Positions 1 to 7,204 of a DNA stretch of 32,000 bases are shown in pieces (the stretch's first letter is position 1; each line of letters begins with the position of its first letter). This stretch comes from Candidatus Heimdallarchaeota archaeon (lineage in GTDB: Archaea > Asgardarchaeota > Heimdallarchaeia > JABLTI01). The notes under the pieces are model-generated. The model saw nothing but the letters and a program-made list of their open reading frames with translations, was not told where the DNA came from and did not search any database. The stretch lies in NCBI GenBank assembly GCA_030614005.1, contig JAUWKS010000017.1, forward strand, positions 1 to 32,000, given 5' to 3'. The position numbers were made by a program, and so were the translations under genes.

Positions 1-996
1 AGTGAAGTACTTATTACAAATACAATTGTTGCTACACCATAATATATTGGCCTTTCAGAAAGTGGGATATCAAATTTAGGAGTAAAGAAATATTCTGAAA
101 GAAGTATTCTATAAGTTAATGCTGTAAAAAACCAAGCTATCCATAAAGCTGCGGTTATTGAATTAAGTGATTGCTTCTGAGAAGATTTTCTTGAAACAAT
201 AAATGCAATAGATAGCAGAATTCTCATTAAAATAATAGAAGTTTATGAATAAATCATAATCGTAGATAGTTAGAAAATTATTTATGATCACAAGCTTCGA
301 TAATTCAATTAGAGGACTGAATAGTATCCAAATTAACCAAAAAATTCCTAAGGTAATCAATGATTTCTTTTGAGTATATTTTCTTGCAAATTTGATAAAA
401 ACAATCCCAATAAATAAACCAGCAATAATTTCACCAATAATTGGTAAGTAAACCGCTAGAAAGTTAAAGAACTTTAAACCGAAAGAAATTGTTTCACCAG
501 GAAAATTATAATTTGGATTAAAAAGAAAAACTGCAAAAGATATTCCTGGAATAAGTTGCAACAAAATAACGATACACAATCCAGTAATTATCAAAATTAC
601 AGAGTCCATTTGCATGAACTCAAGAGCTTTTATGCGTGCATCTATCTCTACCTTAGAATTATCATTAATCCAAGGAAATTTTTCTTCTTTGGTTTTCCGA
701 TGTTTTACAATACTAGAATGAGTGATTATAGTAATTGGAACACTTAAACAAAGAACACACATTATCATTAACACAATAAATTCAGCTGAAGTTAGAATTT
801 TAATATATGATTCAGGCAATGCATTTGTTTGTAAAACACTATTTTTTCCCGCTAATACATTTTCTTTTTGTATAGATTAAGTACCAAAACTAGTACTTTC
901 TATGCTAATAAGCATAAAGCTTGTGATTGTAAAAAATACCATTACACCTATACAAATAGATAACTTTTCCACTTTTTCTTCAATGTTCTCCACCAC
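1..996 (-). pseudogene. Disrupted multi-pass membrane protein with an internal repeat (in-frame TAA at 877-879, frameshift near 240-245; runs off the window edge)
   Basis: GTG at 996 opens MVENIEEKVEKLSICIGVMVFFTITSFMLISIESTSFGT*, in frame with the 163..819 ORF across one TAA. After about nt 242 a second frame (SIILMRILLSIAFIVSRKSSQKQSLNSITAALWIAWFF...) stays open to nt 1 and resembles the earlier FARKYTQKKSLITLGIFWLIW segment. Confidence 0.65.
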
Positions 997-1076
997 AATG
1001 ATATTATTAAAACAGTAAGTAGCATCTCATTTAAAATATTATTACATACGGTTCAGTGAACTGTTCAGAAAGAAAT

Positions 1077-1224
1077 TGGTGCGAGGGGCGCGATTCGAAC
1101 GCACGAACCTCTACAGGAAAGGATTTCTCATCGAATCCTTAGCTTCAACGGACTATTCCTTGTTTACCGGGAGTACCGGTCGATCTTGAGTCCTTCGCCG
1201 TTGACCGAGCTTGGCTACCCTCGC
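1077..1224 (-). tRNA. tRNA-Leu(CAA) with a 60-nt intron at 37/38 (1125..1184) and encoded CCA
   Basis: Acceptor stem GCGAGGG/CCCTCGC plus A-CCA; anticodon stem AAGGA/TCCTT; anticodon CAA at 1188-1186; long variable arm; TTCGAAT T-loop. Canonical bulge-helix-bulge: CUCA/UGAG central helix, AG|A and AA|A bulges, UCGA/UCGA intron helix. Confidence 0.97.
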
Positions 1225-1365
1225 AGATTGAAATAATAATACAAGATTATTAGCTCGATTATTCTCGACAACAAACACCTTTTTATTATTTGTGCTTGAC
1301 ATCAAAATTCGTTACTTTATAAAGAAAAGAAAAAGGGAGGATTTGATTGTTATAGTAATCAAATC

Positions 1366-2790
1366 TTATTCCATACCCAGGAATCCTCGCACTGCGGGGC
1401 TAATTTCTGCTAGCCTTTCTTTTGCGATGATTTCGGTATATTGTTTTATTATTCCCGTCGTCAGCAGAATACCTGTTCCCGTTCCTAACGCACCTAGGAA
1501 GTCTGCAAAACCAGCTAAGACTCCAACAAAGAGTCCACCCAGTAATGCTGCAATGGGGATATATCTGTCTAAATATTTCTCCAATACTTTTGGATTGCGT
1601 CTGAAACCAGGTATTTGCATATCTGCGTCCAATAATTGTTTCGCTACGTCTTTTGAAGCCATACCTGCTGTTTCCAGCCAGATAGAGGAAAAGATCATAC
1701 ATGCACCTACCAAGACAAAGATGTATATTACAGACCGTATCGGTCCTTCCACGACTTGCGCTATGCCGCGCGGCGCCGTGGTATACAACGCCAAGCCTGA
1801 TATCGGCATCGGTTGATCCAGAGTGAAGTCCCATTTCCCTATGAGATCGACAATCGGGTTCCCAGGCCACTTCCGGTACATTATCTGAGAGATAAAGTAG
1901 ACGTTAGCGAATAACGCTGACGCCAGGATTACCGGTATATTCGACGTGTACAGGAATTTGATCGGATACCTAGCCGGAATCTTGTGTTTTGCATGCGAAA
2001 TCGGTATTTCTATTCTCATCGATTCCACATATATCACCAAGCCGAAGACTAGGATCGTCGCCAGAAATGCAATTATATCCGGGTTATTCGGACGGTAAGT
2101 TACGTTGATGAATTTCTCTCCGTTACTTAAACCATAAAAGAATGCTATTATTGCACCATAATATCTTCCAGATGGGGCTGCGCCAATACCATCAGTGAAG
2201 CCAAATAAACCATTTAAGATGTTGAATGATACACCTGCTGCAATGAATAACGAGATACCAGAACCTAGGCCATAGCCTTTCTGTATCAGCTCATCCATCA
2301 GCATGATCAGCAAGCCTGCTGCAAGTAACTGCAAGAAGATTAATGTTCCCAAGAGTAATCCAACGTTTTCACCGTAAGCACCACCAAAAATGTAAGCTCC
2401 TGCTTCGAAGAAGATCATCATAACGCTCAATACTTTTTGAGCGCCACTATAGAGTGCTCTTTCTTCAGGATTGTTAAAGTCAACTTTGATGATTTGACTG
2501 CCAACTAATAACTGCATAATAAGGCCAGCAGTGACAATAGGTCCTATTCCTAGTTCTCCCAAAGTTCCTCTTTGAGAGGCGAGTATTGCTCTCATAGCAA
2601 AAAATGGATCTGCTGTTCCAGTTGTTTCTTCGATACCGTAGAGGGGCACACTGATCATTATGAAGTAAACAATTAAACAAGCAATAGTCCAAATTGATTT
2701 TTCCTTGAACGAGACTGTTCTATCAGGTTTCTTAACTTCAAACGTAATATGAGTAAAAGGTTTGAAGAGTTTTAGGAATCTACTGGTCAT
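1366..2790 (-). CDS. secY: Preprotein translocase subunit SecY/Sec61-alpha (474 aa)
   Basis: GTLGELGIGPIVTAGLIMQLL, ERALYSGAQK, MDELIQKGYGLGSGISLFIAA, YPIKFLYTSNIPVIL, ADFLGALGTGTGILL; about 10 TM segments. Confidence 0.97.
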   Translation of the reverse strand: MTSRFLKLFKPFTHITFEVKKPDRTVSFKEKSIWTIACLIVYFIMISVPLYGIEETTGTADPFFAMRAILASQRGTLGELGIGPIVTAGLIMQLLVGSQIIKVDFNNPEERALYSGAQKVLSVMMIFFEAGAYIFGGAYGENVGLLLGTLIFLQLLAAGLLIMLMDELIQKGYGLGSGISLFIAAGVSFNILNGLFGFTDGIGAAPSGRYYGAIIAFFYGLSNGEKFINVTYRPNNPDIIAFLATILVFGLVIYVESMRIEIPISHAKHKIPARYPIKFLYTSNIPVILASALFANVYFISQIMYRKWPGNPIVDLIGKWDFTLDQPMPISGLALYTTAPRGIAQVVEGPIRSVIYIFVLVGACMIFSSIWLETAGMASKDVAKQLLDADMQIPGFRRNPKVLEKYLDRYIPIAALLGGLFVGVLAGFADFLGALGTGTGILLTTGIIKQYTEIIAKERLAEISPAVRGFLGME

Positions 2791-2843
2791 TTAGTTTCAC
2801 GCTCTGTTATTTTCGTTGGAATTTGTAGTACATAATTGTACCT

Positions 2844-2877
2844 ATGCCTCAAAAAAACATTTACCGTTTTTAGGCAT
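2844..2877 (-). promoter_or_regulatory. Bulged hairpin 54 nt upstream of the secY start
   Basis: Minus strand AUGCCU-AAAAAC[GGUAAAU]GUUUUU-(UUG)-AGGCAU: two 6-bp stems with a 3-nt bulge. Confidence 0.3.
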
Positions 2878-3112
2878 TTCGGATAGTCTGAGCTTTTAGA
2901 CATTAAAACCTTTTTTATAACTAGTTGAATGCCTTTTTTAGCAAAGTATTAGTTATCTGCATTTCATAGAAGAATTTATAAAAGTTTACATTTCATTTTC
3001 GAACATTACTATAAAAAAGACTAGTCTTTTTTAGGTGAACTGCGAGTTAGAACATTTGTTTTAACTTTCGATAAAAAAACCCCTAAAGCACATTAAATGG
3101 AGATCCCCCAAC

Positions 3113-3994
3113 ATGATATCAGAAGTTGATCAACTTGTTGTCAAATTGTCCGAGCAGGAAAGACAAGCCAGTGAGCTCAGAGATAAAAGAGATAAACTCA
3201 ATGGCGAAGCTCGTGCAAAAGCTGACAGACGAGATGAATTGAATAAGCAAATGGCTGAATTAATTGCCAAAGTCAAAGAACACCAGAAGGAAAGGGACGA
3301 GGAAAACACTAAAGTCCAAGATTTTAAGGTTAAACGTGAAGAAGTACGCAAAAACCTCGCCGAAGCAAAGAAAGAAGTTGACCAAATCAAAGAAGATGAA
3401 CATTTGGAACCTTTGCCTAAGCCTCCCATACCTGAAAAAGTTCTCAGACGCAACTTAAAACAGCTTGAGTGGAAGATTCAAACTGAAATTTTACCACCAG
3501 AAGAAGAGAAGAGGCTTGTTCAAGAAATAGCTACTTTACAAGAACAACTAGAAGAAGCTGAAACAATTAGAACTTTACGTCAAGAGAGAAATGCTCGGTT
3601 TAGCACATTTGAAGGATTGAAAGCTGAAATGAACCATTATCACAAAGCCGTTATCCGAACAGCTAAATCGTCTCAAAGACATCATCACGAGATGACTAAA
3701 CTTTTTGCCCAAATTGATGAAATCCGCAAAGAAGCAGATCAATGCCACAAAGATTTCATTGAAACAAAGAAAACTGCTGATGTAACTCATAAAAAGTTCA
3801 TTGAAATCATCAAAGGCAAAGAAAAATACCAGAAAGAACTTCAAGGTATTAGACAAAAAGCTCGCGTTGACCATTTCAGAGAAGTTAAAGAAACCATCGA
3901 AGCAAGAGCTGATGAAGCTTTGCGAAAATACAAAGAAGGTAAGAAACTTTCTCTTGAAGAATTTAGCATGCTAGTTGAACGAGGTTTAGTTTAA
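3113..3994 (+). CDS. Archaeal coiled-coil protein (COG1340-like, 293 aa)
   Basis: Continuous E/K/R-rich heptads, RDELN repeats at the N-terminus, LEWKIQTEIL..EEEKRLV core, KLSLEEF C-terminus; GGAGA SD. Confidence 0.8.
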   Translation: MISEVDQLVVKLSEQERQASELRDKRDKLNGEARAKADRRDELNKQMAELIAKVKEHQKERDEENTKVQDFKVKREEVRKNLAEAKKEVDQIKEDEHLEPLPKPPIPEKVLRRNLKQLEWKIQTEILPPEEEKRLVQEIATLQEQLEEAETIRTLRQERNARFSTFEGLKAEMNHYHKAVIRTAKSSQRHHHEMTKLFAQIDEIRKEADQCHKDFIETKKTADVTHKKFIEIIKGKEKYQKELQGIRQKARVDHFREVKETIEARADEALRKYKEGKKLSLEEFSMLVERGLV

Positions 3995-4029
3995 ACCTCA
4001 AAATTACCTTATTTCTATCCTTCCTCTTA

Positions 4030-4090
4030 AAAAATTTCAAGTTTGAAATTTTTATTTTAATTTCAAACAAATCCAAAAAGGATTTTTTTT
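4030..4090. terminator. Inverted repeats and T-tracts between convergent genes
   Basis: AAAAATTTCAA-GT-TTGAAATTTTT (4030-4053) and AATCC-AAAAA-GGATT followed by a T-run (4070-4090). Confidence 0.5.
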
Positions 4091-4754
4091 ATTTTAATTG
4101 ATAGAGAGTGGCAGGCATAAATTCAGATATGTAATTATTCTGAAGAATTTTTTTGAAACCATATTTTGCAAAAAGCTGCGTTTGATCAACCATCATAAAT
4201 CTTGCTGCAGAGTCATCTTCGAATATCCTCATAAAGTAGTACATAACGCGTAAGTATACTGTTGGGTTTTTTGGATATCTGAAATCAAAAACAAACAAAT
4301 AACCATTTGGTTTTAGGACACGTTTAATTTCATTCATTACTGATTTAAGTAAGCTTGTTGGTAATTCATGCAAAGCTAAAGTCGCAGTGACCACATCAAA
4401 TGAACTATCATTAAAAGGTATTTTAGAACAATCACCAACTTTGAATTTTGTATTGAAATATTCCTCTGTATTTTTTGCCTTTGCAAAGGCAATCATTCCT
4501 GGGCTAAGATCAATTCCAAAAACATTTCCTTTTGGTACTAATTTAGAAAGCATGCGAGTACCCTTACCATTTGCACAGCAAACGTCTAGAATTTTTTCGT
4601 TGCCTTTTAGCTGTAGTGTTTCTATGTAGGCTCTCTTACGAAGTATATTTTCAGTTGCTCCTCCTAAAATAAATAATGCACCAGTTACAAAACTGTAAAG
4701 ATGAGCAGTTAAATCATACTTTGGTACAAGAGGGGTAAGTGTTGGTTCGTTCAT
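4089..4754 (-). CDS. Class I SAM-dependent methyltransferase (UbiE/MenG-like fold; substrate unknown)
   Basis: ILDVCCANGKG motif I, DLSPGMI, GDCSKIPFNDSSFDVV, LHE, RVLKPNG. ATG at 4754 follows an AAGTGA SD; alternative GTG at 4763. Confidence 0.85.
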   Translation of the reverse strand: MNEPTLTPLVPKYDLTAHLYSFVTGALFILGGATENILRKRAYIETLQLKGNEKILDVCCANGKGTRMLSKLVPKGNVFGIDLSPGMIAFAKAKNTEEYFNTKFKVGDCSKIPFNDSSFDVVTATLALHELPTSLLKSVMNEIKRVLKPNGYLFVFDFRYPKNPTVYLRVMYYFMRIFEDDSAARFMMVDQTQLFAKYGFKKILQNNYISEFMPATLYQLK

Positions 4755-4859
4755 TATTTTCACTTTCTATTCTTTCTAAACAAACAAAAAGAATCTCTGT
4801 CAAAAAAGGTTTTCCATTAATTATTAAAGCAGTATTGTCTAAGAAATACTTGATTAGTT

Positions 4860-5360
4860 ATGAACAAAACTCGAGAGTCAGCTAATAATGAACCTATTAT
4901 GGTAAGTGCTTGTTTATTGGGTATAAAATGCACATATAATTGTGAAATCCGAAAGAGTGAAGAGGTCGTTAAATTAGCTCAAAGAAAAATACTTGTTCCT
5001 TTTTGCCCCGAACAGCTTGGGGGTATGAGCACACCAAGAATTGGTATGTCAATAGTTGAAGGTTCAGGAGAAGCTGTCCTAGATTTTGAAACGAAAGTAC
5101 TGAACGAAGAGAATAGTGATATTACATCTCATTTTCTTTTGGGTGCAGAGGAATCAATGAAATATGCTACTTTATTTAACGTTAGAACAGCCATTTTGAG
5201 AGATAAAAGTCCTTCATGTGGTGTATATCAAATTTATAATAAAAAAATCGGAGAGGAAAAATACCTAGTAACTGGCAGAGGCGTTTCCACTGCACGATTA
5301 AAGAGACACGGTTTGAAAATATATTCCGGAAATGATATCGAAAAAATACTAGAATTATGA
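4860..5360 (+). CDS. DUF523 / 2-thiouracil desulfurase (TudS) family Fe-S protein
   Basis: MVSACLLG.KC, FCPEQLGGMSTPR, LRDKSPSCG, G.GV signature motifs. Confidence 0.88.
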   Translation: MNKTRESANNEPIMVSACLLGIKCTYNCEIRKSEEVVKLAQRKILVPFCPEQLGGMSTPRIGMSIVEGSGEAVLDFETKVLNEENSDITSHFLLGAEESMKYATLFNVRTAILRDKSPSCGVYQIYNKKIGEEKYLVTGRGVSTARLKRHGLKIYSGNDIEKILEL

Positions 5361-5397
5361 ATCTTGTCTATATGAATCATAAAGTCAAAGATTTCTA

Positions 5398-6138
5398 TTA
5401 AAGCCCATCAGCTACTAACTTTGCAAAGTCATTGATAGTTCCGCGATACGTTGGTTTAATTTTACTAAATCTTTTCAATTCTGGTGAAACGAATAAATCG
5501 TCATTTACTGTTGGCAAAGGACAATAAAAGGTTTTCAAGCCCATCCGAGTTGGACCAACGATATCTGACATAAATTCATTGCCAACCATTATACATTCAT
5601 CCTTTTTTTTGCCAATTAAAAAAAGTACTTCTTGATAATATTCTTCTCTAGGTTTAGAGAAATGCATATTCCCTGCATGAGTAACCAATTTAAAATCAAA
5701 TATCTCCAATCCACCCCATTTCAATCGTTTTCTTATTGCAACTTCAGGAAAAACGGGAGTAGTAGCAACCACAACATTATACCCTTCTTTGAAACAATAC
5801 TTGAGCATTTTTTTCACTCCCTTAATGGGTCGAACAAAAGGATTGAGTGACTCATATTCATTGTTGTAAAAATGGAGAAGATTGTTATAGAGATCTTTTG
5901 GATCTCTTTTGTACTTTTTCGACATTTCTTTGACAAAAGTATCTAAAGTAAATTCTTTGGGGATCTTACTCAACATTACAAATCTAGTTATTTCTGTTAA
6001 AGAATCACAAAAGTAACCTAAATCAAAATCACTGAAATGGCATTCATGCAACAACTTGAAATAGGTCTTACTAAATAGAATTTCATCGATATCGATCAGC
6101 GTTGAATCCATATCAAAGAGTAATGTTGTTATTGCCAT
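5398..6138 (-). CDS. HAD-superfamily hydrolase
   Basis: LLFDMDSTL (DxD motif I), VATT (II), KPREEYY (III), MVGNEFMSDI (IV). ATG at 6138 follows an AAGGGG SD. Confidence 0.88.
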   Translation of the reverse strand: MAITTLLFDMDSTLIDIDEILFSKTYFKLLHECHFSDFDLGYFCDSLTEITRFVMLSKIPKEFTLDTFVKEMSKKYKRDPKDLYNNLLHFYNNEYESLNPFVRPIKGVKKMLKYCFKEGYNVVVATTPVFPEVAIRKRLKWGGLEIFDFKLVTHAGNMHFSKPREEYYQEVLFLIGKKKDECIMVGNEFMSDIVGPTRMGLKTFYCPLPTVNDDLFVSPELKRFSKIKPTYRGTINDFAKLVADGL

Positions 6139-6330
6139 TATTGTCCCCTTGAGTCCATAGTGATACATTGATTATCTGTTATGGAGTTGTAAACGATTCT
6201 TCATCTATATTACTTTCTTTATTATATGGATAGTATTTAAGTGTAAAAAAATAGTAAACAATACAAAGTGTTTAAATTTTCAAAGCAAAAACTCCTAGTA
6301 GAGGCTAATAGATAAACTGAGTGTGAATCT

Positions 6331-7155
6331 GTGAAAAATCAAATTGAAACACAAAATGAGAAACCTATGAATGAGATATCACTTGATTATGTAGGAATTA
6401 CCAATTTCAAGACTTTGTTGGTAATTACTCGAGAAGGAAAAACATTCCATTTAACACCAGAAATTGAAGTAACTATTAACTTGCCTGCTGAAATGAAAGG
6501 AGCTCATATGTCTCGTATTTGTGAATCAGTTGTTGAAATCATTAATGATGAGCGAAATGCTCACCATTCTGTAGAACAATTGTCATTACAAGTCTTGAAA
6601 AAGCTAAAAGAAAAGCATCCATACTCTCGCGCTCATTTATCATTAAATTTCGATTTCTTTTATGAGACGAAAACACCTGTTACAAAGAAAAAGACATTCG
6701 AAGTGACAAATGTTACAGTTGAAACTTGGATTGAAGATAATCATGAAGATTTAATCGCAATTTCAATAGAATATATTGGTAATACCGTCTGTCCTCACGC
6801 AATGGAAAATAGTCCTGAAAAAAGAACTCACGTTCAAAGAGCATTAGGAAAACTAACTGCAAAGGGAACATTGGATCAAATGCCTTCCTTTGAATCTTTG
6901 GTCGATGTTTTGAAGAAATCTTTTCCAGCAGAAACATACTCCATATTGAAAACGGATGACGAACAATATGTTATTGATTGTATGTACGAAAATCCAATGT
7001 TTGTAGAAGATGTTTGTAGAAGTATTTTAGCTCGATCAAAAGAGAGTTTTATTGATAAAAAATTAGATTTAACAGCTATTGTCAAAAGTCTCGAGAGCAT
7101 TCACAAGCACGATGTAATTGCAAAAGGATCAACCTCAACCTATAGCAAGAAGTAG
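6331..7155 (+). CDS. mptA: GTP cyclohydrolase IV / FolE2-type MptA
   Basis: KGAHMSR, TVCP, THVQR, ENPMFVEDVCR, ESIHKHD. Confidence 0.9.
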   Translation: MKNQIETQNEKPMNEISLDYVGITNFKTLLVITREGKTFHLTPEIEVTINLPAEMKGAHMSRICESVVEIINDERNAHHSVEQLSLQVLKKLKEKHPYSRAHLSLNFDFFYETKTPVTKKKTFEVTNVTVETWIEDNHEDLIAISIEYIGNTVCPHAMENSPEKRTHVQRALGKLTAKGTLDQMPSFESLVDVLKKSFPAETYSILKTDDEQYVIDCMYENPMFVEDVCRSILARSKESFIDKKLDLTAIVKSLESIHKHDVIAKGSTSTYSKK

Positions 7156-7170
7156 TTTGAACAAATATCC

Positions 7171-7191
7171 AAGTGGGTAAAAAACCCACTT
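7171..7191. terminator. Bidirectional hairpin between convergent mptA and the recJ-like gene
   Basis: Perfect 8-bp stem AAGTGGGT-AAAAA-ACCCACTT. Confidence 0.55.
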
Positions 7192-7204
7192 TCAACATTT
7201 TTCA

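Noticed and set aside
877-879. Stop-codon readthrough (Sec or Pyl) in the first gene
   Set aside because: The codon is TAA, not TGA or TAG, and the gene has a second lesion, so decay or error is more likely.
1051-1067. GTTCA-G-TGAAC-T-GTTCA alternating repeats just past the tRNA 3' end, as an att site
   Set aside because: They are too short, and no duplicated tRNA fragment or integrase is present in the window.
1125-1184. Box C/D guide RNA inside the tRNA intron, as in archaeal tRNA-Trp
   Set aside because: There is no RUGAUGA box C or CUGA box D in the intron.
1292-1870. Long alternative ORFs overlapping secY (174 aa on +, 156 aa on -)
   Set aside because: They are shadows of the GC-richer secY tract, with no motifs and no SD.
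3113-3994. Coiled-coil protein as an SMC or cytoskeletal protein, or as phosphoserine phosphatase
   Set aside because: It has no ATPase head, hinge or HAD motif; it matches the generic archaeal coiled-coil family.
4089-4754. Methyltransferase as NmbA making N-methyl-bacillithiol
   Set aside because: It lies about 23 kb from the bsh genes and shows only generic UbiE-like motifs; nothing specific supports the call.
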